A stretch of DNA of 31,490 nt from an uncultured Methanosarcinales archaeon (lineage in GTDB: Archaea; Nanobdellota; Nanobdellia; Woesearchaeales; CAZYIM01), in the NCBI GenBank assembly GCA_964647565.1, contig CAZYIM010000033.1, positions 1 through 31,490 on the forward strand, written 5' to 3'. The translations under genes were made by a program, and so were the position numbers. Of the stretch, positions 18,195-26,868 are shown piece after piece. A model generated the notes under the pieces. The model was given only the letters and a program-made list of their open reading frames with translations, was not told where the DNA came from and searched no databases. The first letter of the stretch is position 1, and each line of letters starts with the position of its first letter.

Positions 18195-18790
18195 GTTTTA
18201 TACACCTTATTGAAATCCTTCTTGAATTGGCTGAAGTTCTTATAAAGAATGGTATGCACCCCAAGCTCTCTTGCAGCTTCTAAGTTTGAATCCTGATCAT
18301 CTATATATATGACCTCTGCTGGCTTGACATTGAACTTCTTGAAGATATATCTCATGGTTTTTTTACTGGCTTTAGCCAAATTTATTTCCCAGGTATTGAT
18401 TACTGTATGGAAAAGCTTTTTGTAGCCGAGCTTCTTGTCAGTATCATACATCTGGCTACGTGTGTTCTTGCTGAGTAAGAGTGTGGTTGTTTTCTTAGAT
18501 TTGTTCTTGATGAAATTGACCATTGGAGGATTAAATCTTATGAAGCGGTAATGGATATCTCTGACTTGCTTTCCGTTGATATGCAATCCAGTCTCTTTTG
18601 CTCCTTTTTCCCATGCGTCTGCTTGTGTCATCTTTCGAGTTGCTGCCATATTAAAATACTTGGTATAAAAGACTGCATATAGGTCTTTCCAATTGCGTTT
18701 GAATCTCTTTGCCAGGGCTTGCATGGTTTCTGGGAAACCTCCTAGAAGCGTTACTCCATATGCATCAAAAATCACTAGTTTGGTTTTCAT
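18191..18790 (-). CDS. HAD-superfamily hydrolase
   Basis: Motif I LVIFDAYGV, motif II LLSKN, motif III K (LAKA), motif IV YIDDQDSNLEAARELG. Confidence 0.85.
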   Translation of the reverse strand: MKTKLVIFDAYGVTLLGGFPETMQALAKRFKRNWKDLYAVFYTKYFNMAATRKMTQADAWEKGAKETGLHINGKQVRDIHYRFIRFNPPMVNFIKNKSKKTTTLLLSKNTRSQMYDTDKKLGYKKLFHTVINTWEINLAKASKKTMRYIFKKFNVKPAEVIYIDDQDSNLEAARELGVHTILYKNFSQFKKDFNKVYKT

Positions 18791-20220
18791 TTGCTCACCT
18801 TCCTTACTATTCCTTTTTCCGCGTTAACCTCAATCACGTCTCCATCTTTTAATATCTTGGTGCAATTGCCAGTGCCGACAATACAGGGTTTTTTCAATTC
18901 CCTTGCAACAACAGCGGCATGTGATGTCACGCCGCCTTCTTCTGTCACAAAGGCAGCTGCTCTGTGCATTTCATGGGTGAAGTCTGGCATGGTGGTCTTC
19001 GCAACCAGGACATTGCCTTTTTTAACCTTGCTAAGATCCTCTTTAGACAGAACCAGAACCACTCTTCCCTTTATTTTTCCTTTGAACGCGATCATGCCCT
19101 TGATCTGCTTGTTCTTTTCTTGGGAGTTCTTTATCATTTTGATGGCCAGTTTGATAGTTGCAGCATCATGTAAAATAGTGACTTTATTGTTTTCAAAATA
19201 ATAGATGTAGTCCTGCTTAACTCTTTGTTGCACATCTTTGTAGTTGGGCAGGTTGCCTTTCTTGATGAAATCCATCAGCTCACTATGAAGTAGATTTGCT
19301 GTCATCTTTTCAGGCCAGTTTTTGCCAGAGGTTTTGGACATCTCATCAGCTATCTTGTATAATAGGCCTCTTGCCTTTGCCTGGCATCTCTTGAAATGGT
19401 CGATCCTGTCAGTACGTAAGAAGGTATATGCATGAATGATCTCAGCTAAAAGTCTTAGGTCAGGATTATGAAGCTGCTTTCTTAACTTTGCATAGTTGTT
19501 CCTATTCTTTTCAACCTCTTTTTTCATTCTCTTTATTTCTTCTCTGGCTGATTTCTTGTCAAGCTTTCTGATCTCTTTTTCAAAATATCTCTGATCCAAT
19601 AAAGGTTCAACAAACGAATACTCATTATACCAATAGAAATCTTTTGTGAGCTGATTGAGATTTTTCTTTGTTATGTTGTTTTGTATTGCAGACTCTGCAA
19701 TCCTCAGTCTCATCTTCTGGAAATCATTAAGTCTTGAAGGTGAGCAGATGATATTGAATGCCTGATCTGCTTTTTGTCCTAATTCTTTTTCTAGTAACTG
19801 TCTGAGTTCCTGGTCAAGCACTGCTTCAATTGCAAATGGCATCGCAATATTGTCTGCAAAAAGAATATTTGCATCGATCCAATCTTGGAGAATAGATTCA
19901 CATTTCTTTAGAGGTAATTTGGCGCAGGCTTTGGCGTTGTCTCCTGCCTTATGCATAGCCTTGACTGCCAGCTTATAGTCTTTAAGATGTTTTTTCCAGC
20001 CTTTGACAGTCCTGATCTTATTTGCCAGCCTGTTTAAGCTTTTTGCAGCATCGGATTGTTCCCAATAGATCGATCTAACTCCTTTTTTTAAGGGTGCAGA
20101 TGCAATCCTTATATTGTGCACCTGCCCAAAAAAGATCTTTGCCAGCTCATCCCTATGGACAGTGACTGGTCTTGTAGCAAGGATTGAAAGATTACTGAAA
20201 AATGGAGGGATCAGTTTCAT
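18787..20220 (-). CDS. PEP-utilising enzyme mobile domain protein
   Basis: C-terminal VLVAKTTMPD...TEEGGVTSHAAVVARELKKPCIVG...GDVIEVNA. Confidence 0.9.
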   Translation of the reverse strand: MKLIPPFFSNLSILATRPVTVHRDELAKIFFGQVHNIRIASAPLKKGVRSIYWEQSDAAKSLNRLANKIRTVKGWKKHLKDYKLAVKAMHKAGDNAKACAKLPLKKCESILQDWIDANILFADNIAMPFAIEAVLDQELRQLLEKELGQKADQAFNIICSPSRLNDFQKMRLRIAESAIQNNITKKNLNQLTKDFYWYNEYSFVEPLLDQRYFEKEIRKLDKKSAREEIKRMKKEVEKNRNNYAKLRKQLHNPDLRLLAEIIHAYTFLRTDRIDHFKRCQAKARGLLYKIADEMSKTSGKNWPEKMTANLLHSELMDFIKKGNLPNYKDVQQRVKQDYIYYFENNKVTILHDAATIKLAIKMIKNSQEKNKQIKGMIAFKGKIKGRVVLVLSKEDLSKVKKGNVLVAKTTMPDFTHEMHRAAAFVTEEGGVTSHAAVVARELKKPCIVGTGNCTKILKDGDVIEVNAEKGIVRKVSK

Positions 20221-21242
20221 TTTATTTTAATTATAATTCCTTTGTCTGCGTCGACTTCTACCATGTCTCCGTTACGTAGGAATTCTGTTGCAAACTTGGT
20301 GCCGATTATGCAGGGCTTGCCGAGTTCTCTGGCCACAACAGCTGCATGGCAGGTAATGCCGCCTTCATCAGTTACGATGGCTGCTGCTTTTTCCATAGCA
20401 GGTACAAAGTCGGGAGTAGTCATAGTCGAGATAAGTATTTCTCCGTCCTCCAGCTCTGTAATCTGGGATTTTTTCCTTAGGATTCTAACTTTACCCTTTG
20501 CCATTCCCTTGTTGGCAATCTGGCCTTTAAGAATTCCGCTCTTTAGGATTTCTTCTGGTATGTCTTCGAAGAGGAACTTATATTCAGGATGCTGCTTCTG
20601 GAATTCTTTAAGATCCATGAGTTCCATCTCTTGACCAGGGATAAAGATACAGTTTTTCATCCTTGCTTCTAACACAGGCCTTTCTGGCACTGCATCCAGA
20701 TCATTTAAAGTGACAACCAATTCCATGCCCTCTGCTCTTGGAAAAAGGCGGGATATGGTTTTCTTGATGATCTTTTCGCAGTCATCATAGAACGAGTCAA
20801 CCTTCCTTATCTGCATGGCCATTTCCCTAATGTCTTTAGGAGTTCTTTCATCATAAGAGCTATAATAAAAGATGACAAAGTGTCTTGAACCTAAGAACAG
20901 GAATTCTATGAACTCCTTGAGCTCTTGAATAGAATCAAGTACGCCCTTTATCTTGTATTGCTCGAGCTTTTCAAGGATTTTCATATAGGTCTGGACATGC
21001 ATCTTATAGAAGTCTTGTCCTTCCCTGTTCTTTTCCAGGAGTTTGTCAAAGAACCATTTGTAGGCCTTGTCACAGTCCCATATTTCTGTGGCTCCATTGT
21101 TGACAAAATAGATATTGGGTGGGTTGAAAGGATTCAGTTCCCCTATAGCCTTCTCAAATCCCTCTAGATGTGCATAGCTCCAGGATTCCTGTAGGATCAG
21201 GCCGTTATCCCTTGTGTATTTCTTGTTATATATGAGTGTCAT
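20217..21242 (-). CDS. PEP-utilising enzyme mobile domain protein
   Basis: C-terminal ILISTMTTPDF...TDEGGITCHAAVVARELGKPCIIG...GDMVEVDA. Confidence 0.9.
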   Translation of the reverse strand: MTLIYNKKYTRDNGLILQESWSYAHLEGFEKAIGELNPFNPPNIYFVNNGATEIWDCDKAYKWFFDKLLEKNREGQDFYKMHVQTYMKILEKLEQYKIKGVLDSIQELKEFIEFLFLGSRHFVIFYYSSYDERTPKDIREMAMQIRKVDSFYDDCEKIIKKTISRLFPRAEGMELVVTLNDLDAVPERPVLEARMKNCIFIPGQEMELMDLKEFQKQHPEYKFLFEDIPEEILKSGILKGQIANKGMAKGKVRILRKKSQITELEDGEILISTMTTPDFVPAMEKAAAIVTDEGGITCHAAVVARELGKPCIIGTKFATEFLRNGDMVEVDADKGIIIKIK

Positions 21243-22327
21243 TCTAGCTTCCTCACAATACCTTTGTTAGCATCTACCTCAACCAAGTCTCCATCCTTTA
21301 AAACCTTTGTTGCGAATTTAGTGCCGATTATGCAGGGTTTTTCAAATTCCCTTGCCATGATGGCTGCATGGCTTAATATGCCTCCTTCATCTGTGACAAT
21401 ACCTTTGCTTTGTTTCATCAAAGGGACATTCTTAGCTACTGTCATTGGTGCGACAAGAATGAATCCTCTAGTTTTGGGTTTATTGCCGGATACCAGGTTG
21501 TATACCCTTCCTTTGACAATTCCAGGATATGCAATTTTACCTTTCAGGATGCTTGTTTCTTTATTTTCAATATCAAAGCACTTTTGTTTGATATCTTTGA
21601 TGATCTTTTTATCAGTAAATACATTTTCATCCTTCTTCTTTTCCCATGTGCACAAGTAGAGATATTCCTCTTTTCTTTTTTTAAGTGTCTCAAGCTGATT
21701 TTTAGATATTTTTTGGGTTTTTAGGAATGCTTTTATCTCATCAAGGGTACAGTATCTCAGCAAAAATCCTTCAAAATGCTTTTGCTTTCCAATCAGTATA
21801 GAGCATTTGTCCAAAATAGCTTCTGTCCTTGAATAGAGCAGGGCAATAGTATTTCTTTCATTACCAATTCGCTTCATCATTCGCTTGTCAACAAGGCTTT
21901 CCTTAGTATGGTTAAAATACCTTAAGAAGCAGTTATACAAGCCCAGAATGGTCACATATTGGCTGTAGTTGGCTGTAACGACTTTCATGCATTGCAAGGG
22001 ATTTTTTTCGATCAAATCTTCGATTTTGTCTATTTTTGATTTGATTTTTTCAAATTTTTCCATACTGGGTATTAGAAAATCTTTTGCAAGAGTCTTAAGT
22101 TTTTTTTGTATGATTTTGCCAAGGTCTTTTGCGATTCGTTTCTCGTTTAATAGAGTATAAAACCAGCCATTGGAGCCGATTGCACCTACAGCGCCCCATG
22201 AGATGTTATATTCTTTTTTCATGCCTTGGGTATATGCCTCACCAACAACGCTCAAAACAAGCATAGGCTGATTTCTTTGGCTAGCAGCTTTAAGTCCATG
22301 ATTTTCGATAATCTTGATTATGTCCAT
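21239..22327 (-). CDS. PEP-utilising enzyme mobile domain protein
   Basis: C-terminal ILVAPMT...TDEGGILSHAAIMAREFEKPCIIG...GDLVEVDA. Confidence 0.9.
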   Translation of the reverse strand: MDIIKIIENHGLKAASQRNQPMLVLSVVGEAYTQGMKKEYNISWGAVGAIGSNGWFYTLLNEKRIAKDLGKIIQKKLKTLAKDFLIPSMEKFEKIKSKIDKIEDLIEKNPLQCMKVVTANYSQYVTILGLYNCFLRYFNHTKESLVDKRMMKRIGNERNTIALLYSRTEAILDKCSILIGKQKHFEGFLLRYCTLDEIKAFLKTQKISKNQLETLKKRKEEYLYLCTWEKKKDENVFTDKKIIKDIKQKCFDIENKETSILKGKIAYPGIVKGRVYNLVSGNKPKTRGFILVAPMTVAKNVPLMKQSKGIVTDEGGILSHAAIMAREFEKPCIIGTKFATKVLKDGDLVEVDANKGIVRKLE

Positions 22328-22371
22328 CTAGTTATGGTAGTCTAAACTGCCTATTAAAACTTTTTTATTTT

Positions 22372-22403
22372 AAAAAGAAAAAGTAGGGCCCTAAAGTAGG
22401 GCC
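22372..22403 (-). terminator. Hairpin plus T-tract terminator after the 398-aa gene
   Basis: GGCCCT-ACTTT-AGGGCC stem-loop followed by T runs on the minus strand. Confidence 0.5.
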
Positions 22404-22414
22404 TCAAATAATAA

Positions 22415-23611
22415 TTATTGTGTTGGGTTACAAACCCTGCAAGCTGTGTACTTCTTCTGAAGTGCTGCCTTGTAGCTTCTGAAAAACAATCTGTCCTTGG
22501 AATCAATGTTCTTTACAAGCAAACATGATGCCTTATGGACCTTGTCTGAATCCTTGCTTCCCACAAACTTATACTTGACATGGTTTTTTACAATGACCTT
22601 AGGTTTGATATGTGGTTTGCAAAGCTTACAGCCCTTATAGCCTTCTTTTTCAGCTGCTTTCCAATTCTTGATCAGTTTTCTGTTCTCTTTAAGAACATTT
22701 CTTACAGCAATACATTTAGGCCTGTGAACAGATGATCCATCAGCACTCACAATAAGCAGCTCTTCCTCTTCTTTTTTCGCTTTTCGAATATTTCGAAGAG
22801 TCTTTGAGTACTTGCTTTTTAGCTCAGCTTCATGGTCAAGCTCTTTTTGGCTCTTGTTCAGTTGCCGCTTGAGGGTGTTGGTTTCCTTTGACATCTCAGC
22901 GATTGCAGCTGTTTTTTTGCTTAGAGTCTTGTTTTTCTCTGCTAAAGCCTGCTTCTTCTTATCAAGCTCAGAGACAATCTCTTGGCTCTTCTTGATCTCT
23001 CTTGAAGCTTTGTTCATATCTTTTCTCACTTCAGCGAGTTGAGCCTTGATCTTTTTGACCTCATCAGCCTTATTAGCATTTTGGGTCTTGTAGCTTGCTA
23101 CGAGCTTAAGCTTGGCTTGCAGCTCCTTGTCTTTCTTTGCAAGGGCATTATCATGTGCTTTCTCAAGCCGGGTCATCTTGTTCTCTTGTTCTTTCTCAAG
23201 CTTGACCAATTGGCTTTCCTGTTCCTTGACCTTTAACAGATATCTCCTGACAACTTTAAGCTTAGCCAGGATATATTGCCTATAGTCAAGCAGTGAAAGC
23301 AATAGTGCAACAAGGGCGGCTGTCACAAAAAAGAGTTTCGCCATTGGTAACAATGCGAAATCCATTATCTCAAACACCAGCAATATGAGCATAACCACAA
23401 ACAATGCTATGTAATAATAGCGTGACCAGCTTCTTTTATTCCTGATGGAGGCGATGAATAGTCCCAATAAAGCGAGTGCAAAGGCAGCCAATGAAAAGAA
23501 CTTTCCTAGTAGCGCCATTGTACCACTAAACAGGGTTGCGGTAAGAAAGTATAAGAATAGACTTACCAACAAGATAAAAATGAAAAATGGTATTGATTTT
23601 TGGTTCTTCAT
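22415..23611 (-). CDS. Membrane protein with long coiled coil and two Ada-type metal-binding domains
   Basis: Four N-terminal TM helices and a K/E coiled coil, then VHRPKC...GCKLCKP and VHKASC...ACRVCNP. Confidence 0.75.
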   Translation of the reverse strand: MKNQKSIPFFIFILLVSLFLYFLTATLFSGTMALLGKFFSLAAFALALLGLFIASIRNKRSWSRYYYIALFVVMLILLVFEIMDFALLPMAKLFFVTAALVALLLSLLDYRQYILAKLKVVRRYLLKVKEQESQLVKLEKEQENKMTRLEKAHDNALAKKDKELQAKLKLVASYKTQNANKADEVKKIKAQLAEVRKDMNKASREIKKSQEIVSELDKKKQALAEKNKTLSKKTAAIAEMSKETNTLKRQLNKSQKELDHEAELKSKYSKTLRNIRKAKKEEEELLIVSADGSSVHRPKCIAVRNVLKENRKLIKNWKAAEKEGYKGCKLCKPHIKPKVIVKNHVKYKFVGSKDSDKVHKASCLLVKNIDSKDRLFFRSYKAALQKKYTACRVCNPTQ

Positions 23612-23764
23612 TTGGTATCCCCCAAGGTTTTATAGAGGAAGGAAGCGATAACCCTTTATATATTTATCGTTTTTTCTTACTTAGTAGTAGTATCTTTTAT
23701 ATATATTTGCTTTTTTTAGAGAAATTGCTAAAAACAAAGAAAACAAGAGAAATTCGAACAAAAT

Positions 23765-24409
23765 CTAATCTGTGCCGAAATATCTGTCGCCGAAGTCTCC
23801 TATGCCTGGGATGATGTACTTCTTTGCATCCAGCTTCTTGTCTATATAACCAGTCACGATCTTGACTTGAGGATAGGATTTTCTGAGCATCTTTATGCCT
23901 TCTGGGCAGGACATAAGGTTGACGAAGATGATGTGATTCTCTTTGACTCCTGCCTGTTTTAACACTTTTATGGCTACGCAGACAGAACCTGCAGTGGCCA
24001 GCATAGGATCCAATAACAGAACATATCTTTTAGAGATGTCTGGAGGCAGCTTGGAATAGTATAGTTTGGGTTCTGCTGTCTTCTCATCTCTCTGGATAAG
24101 AATCTTTCCTATCCTTACCTTCTTGCAGACTTCCCTTACAGCCTTTTCCATTGATTCTCCCGCGCGAATGATTGATACAGCAGCCAGCTTGCAATTCAGT
24201 TCTTTTCCCTTGTAGCTGCTGCCTGTCGGCGTCTTGACCTGTTTGTTCTTAAACGGTAGCAAGGTGAATGCCTCATCGATAAGCAGCCTGATAATGCCAT
24301 CCGAGTAGAAAATGAAGTCATTCCTTTTGGTCTTCACATCCCTTATGATCGTAAAAAGAGCTTCAAGCTGAGGTGTATCCTTGAGAATATGAAGGTTTTT
24401 GCAGTTCAT
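23765..24409 (-). CDS. upp: Uracil phosphoribosyltransferase
   Basis: VSIIRAGESM, LLLDPMLATAGS (PRPP loop), YIIPGIGDFGDRYFG. Likely start is ATG 24409 (MNCKNLH); the longer ORF overlaps the next gene. Confidence 0.95.
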   Translation of the reverse strand: MNCKNLHILKDTPQLEALFTIIRDVKTKRNDFIFYSDGIIRLLIDEAFTLLPFKNKQVKTPTGSSYKGKELNCKLAAVSIIRAGESMEKAVREVCKKVRIGKILIQRDEKTAEPKLYYSKLPPDISKRYVLLLDPMLATAGSVCVAIKVLKQAGVKENHIIFVNLMSCPEGIKMLRKSYPQVKIVTGYIDKKLDAKKYIIPGIGDFGDRYFGTD

Positions 24410-24467
24410 ATGTTTTATATGTGATTGAGATTTATTAATTTTGTTTTTTTTTTGGTTTTTACCTGCG

Positions 24468-24674
24468 TTATAGCGCCCTTTTGATCTCTTCAAACTCTTT
24501 TTTTGTGATCTCGCCTTTCGCGTATCTGTTCTTGGCTATCTCTAGTGCACCATCTTTTCGACTTGTTCCTCTTGAGTTCTGCTGTATAAGCCAGACTATC
24601 AGCCAAATGAATCCTGCCCAAAAGAGCAACATCCCAAAGCCTCCTAGCATGCCTATTGATCCATAATACATCAT
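24468..24674 (-). CDS. SHOCT-domain membrane protein
   Basis: GM-rich N-terminus, one TM helix, ALEIAKNRYAKGEITKKEFEEIK. GAGGTGA SD 5 nt before ATG 24674. Confidence 0.85.
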   Translation of the reverse strand: MMYYGSIGMLGGFGMLLFWAGFIWLIVWLIQQNSRGTSRKDGALEIAKNRYAKGEITKKEFEEIKRAL

Positions 24675-24773
24675 TTTAATCACCTCTTAAAGTGGAGGGG
24701 GAAGGGGGTTTTCCCCGCTCCTACCAACAACATTCATCATGATTTGTTCATACATCTTTCATTTTTCGAAACC

Positions 24774-24884
24774 TCAGATTTTTGCATGGTTGGTTCCATT
24801 GGTTTCTATGTTGAATTTTCCTTTTGCATCGATCTCCCAATAGAAAAGATCTCCTATCATATAGCTTTCAGACATCATGTTCAT
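24774..24884 (-). CDS. Small hypothetical protein (36 aa)
   Basis: MNMMSESYMIGDLFYWEIDAKGKFNIETNGTNHAKI. ATGA overlap with the upstream small ORF; a GGAGGT SD suits the second ATG. Confidence 0.45.
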   Translation of the reverse strand: MNMMSESYMIGDLFYWEIDAKGKFNIETNGTNHAKI

Positions 24885-25009
24885 ACCTCCTGAGAGTCTG
24901 CAAACCCTCTGAGTTCGTTCTTGCTGGGTATTGAGCCAAACCTTTCCCAATATAACACTTCCATTTCCTTTAACGCTAGGTCGCGTTCGATTTCTTCTAT
25001 GCTTCTCAT
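24881..25009 (-). CDS. Small hypothetical protein (42 aa)
   Basis: MRSIEEIERDLALKEMEVLYWERFGSIPSKNELRGFADSQEV. Strong GGAGGTGG SD 6 nt upstream and a TTTAATAA box further upstream. Not in the ORF track. Confidence 0.55.
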   Translation of the reverse strand: MRSIEEIERDLALKEMEVLYWERFGSIPSKNELRGFADSQEV

Positions 25010-25130
25010 GATTTACCACCTCCACGTCTTTAGTAATATGGACTAAATTCTGCTTTTATTAAAGCATTATTAAGGACAAGTATGAGTGGTCTTCCATAAA
25101 CTTTAAAAGGTGGAAACCAGACCCGGAATC

Positions 25131-25793
25131 ATGGTATTCATGAATATAGCCCCATCCTGGTTCTTTGGCTATGATATAGCATTAGAACTGATATTCGCTA
25201 TCATTCTCATAGTGATTGCGTCTTTTGCATTCAGAATCTACAAGAAGACCTCTGAAAAAAAAATTGCATTATTTGGCGCTTCTTTTTTATTGATAGCAAT
25301 ATCCTATCTTATCCAGTCAGTCTTTAATTTTATGACCTTATATAAGTTAAATGAGCAGGTATGCCAGGTCATTAAGATCCAGTCAGTAATCTTTTTCAAC
25401 AATGCAGGCTTGATTGTGCACATCTTTCTTATGACAGTAGGCCTTGCCATTCTAACTTTCATAACTTTCAAGGATAAGAGCTATAAATTGCTTTGGCTTT
25501 TACTTGTCCTGTCACTATCAGCTGTATTCTTAAGCGGTAGACTTATCTATGCTTTTTACCTGGTCTCAACCATTTTCCTGATTTTCATAGAATGGCATTT
25601 TGTTTCCAACTATCTGAAGAACAGGCAGACCAAAACCTTACTGATAGCCTTAGCATTCCTTTTCTTACTATGTGGAAGCTTCCATTTCCTCGCGTCAGTA
25701 AATCATCACTTATTTTATGCAATCGGCCACGGTCTTGAATTGATAGCTTATGTGCTTATTGCCATTAATTTTTATCTGGTGCTTAAAAAATGA
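25131..25793 (+). CDS. Polytopic (about 7 TM) membrane protein, putative sensor
   Basis: Seven hydrophobic segments with several intramembrane His. TTTAAAA at 25102-25108 suggests a leaderless start at ATG 25131. ATGA overlap with the wHTH gene. Confidence 0.7.
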   Translation: MVFMNIAPSWFFGYDIALELIFAIILIVIASFAFRIYKKTSEKKIALFGASFLLIAISYLIQSVFNFMTLYKLNEQVCQVIKIQSVIFFNNAGLIVHIFLMTVGLAILTFITFKDKSYKLLWLLLVLSLSAVFLSGRLIYAFYLVSTIFLIFIEWHFVSNYLKNRQTKTLLIALAFLFLLCGSFHFLASVNHHLFYAIGHGLELIAYVLIAINFYLVLKK

Positions 25794-26068
25794 ACAGAAA
25801 AAGGGAGAGGCTCGAGATAATCCATGATATTCTCGAAGCACTTCAACAGAAGGGGGGAAGGCTCAAGCCTACACATATACTCTATAAGTCAAACCTATCG
25901 CACCAGATGCTTACAGAATATCTTGGTGAACTCATAGAGAAAGGATTTATCATGGAAGAAAAAGACAAGAAAGGAAACAAGGAGTACTTCTTATTGGACA
26001 AAGGACATAATTTTCTTAAAGATTTCAAAATTATACGATCCTTCACAGAATCTTATGGTCTTGATTAG
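25790..26068 (+). CDS. Winged-HTH transcription regulator (HTH_45/ArnR1-like)
   Basis: KRERLEIIHDIL...KPTHILYKSNLS...YLGELIEKGFI...YFLLDKG. Confidence 0.9.
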   Translation: MNRKRERLEIIHDILEALQQKGGRLKPTHILYKSNLSHQMLTEYLGELIEKGFIMEEKDKKGNKEYFLLDKGHNFLKDFKIIRSFTESYGLD

Positions 26069-26205
26069 AAAATATACGCCACCACCTCAAACGGTTGCTC
26101 ATTTGATAATATCTACAATAAAAATCACATTAAAAAAATTTTCAACAAACTCATTAATATTTCCGGTTTTTCTTTGGAAAACAATAAATAATATGGTTAA
26201 TTTCA

Positions 26206-26868
26206 ATGAAATATTCTAAATTGGTGATTTTTATGGATTTAGATATTATAAAATTGAAAAAAACAAATAAATTAGCATTATTGTTAGGATTATTTATTGG
26301 TGATGGCTGCTTACCTGTAAGTCATAATGGAGATGGTAATCGTATTTATCCAATCAGGTTTTATAATACCAATAAAGTATATGTGAAGTTGTTTTCTGAT
26401 TTGTTTTTTGATTTATTTCAAATTAAAGGAACTGTTAGAGGTAGAATAAGAGAAAATAAAAAGATATTATGGGAATTTGAAAAATACTCTGTATATCTTT
26501 ATAAACTCATTAATTCTGAATTAGAAGTGCCTAGCGGAAAAAAAGCATCTCAAGTATGGATACCTTCTTTCATTAGAAATGGAACTCTTAAAATTAAAAA
26601 ATCCTTTTTCCTTGGTTTATTTATATCTGATGGCGGTTTAAAAAAAGACGGGAGTATAATATTTCATTCTGCTAGTCAGAGATTAATGTTTGACTTAAGG
26701 AAATTAATTCATTCTATTTGGGGCTTTGAACGAGATGTGAAATCATATTTACAGAAAGATAAATATCTCTCGTATCAGTTAACTTTAAAAAAAGAACAAG
26801 TTTCTATAATAACGAAACAAATGCCACTGTCGCATAACTCGGTATTGCGCCGATTATCCGAAAGATAA
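26206..26868 (+). CDS. Free-standing two-motif LAGLIDADG endonuclease-like protein
   Basis: LALLLGLFIGDGC and FFLGLFISDGG motifs. Alternative start at ATG 26233 with a GGTGA SD. Markedly AT-rich. Confidence 0.85.
   Translation: MKYSKLVIFMDLDIIKLKKTNKLALLLGLFIGDGCLPVSHNGDGNRIYPIRFYNTNKVYVKLFSDLFFDLFQIKGTVRGRIRENKKILWEFEKYSVYLYKLINSELEVPSGKKASQVWIPSFIRNGTLKIKKSFFLGLFISDGGLKKDGSIIFHSASQRLMFDLRKLIHSIWGFERDVKSYLQKDKYLSYQLTLKKEQVSIITKQMPLSHNSVLRRLSER

Noticed and set aside
16683..22327. Calling these genes ppsA or ppdK
   Set aside because: Only the swivel domain is present; nucleotide-binding and pyruvate-binding domains are not recognisable.
22380..22403. AAAGTAGGGCC direct repeat as an operator
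   Set aside because: Better explained as the hairpin terminator of the upstream gene.
24774..25025. 83-aa ORF as tracked
   Set aside because: Its GTG start overlaps the SD of the 42-aa ORF. Two short SD-led ORFs with an ATGA overlap explain the region better.
26076..26087. ACGCCACCACCT, near-complement of the tRNA 3' end, as an att site or split-tRNA piece
   Set aside because: Only 8 exact bases, inverted orientation and no other tRNA structure nearby; compatible with chance.
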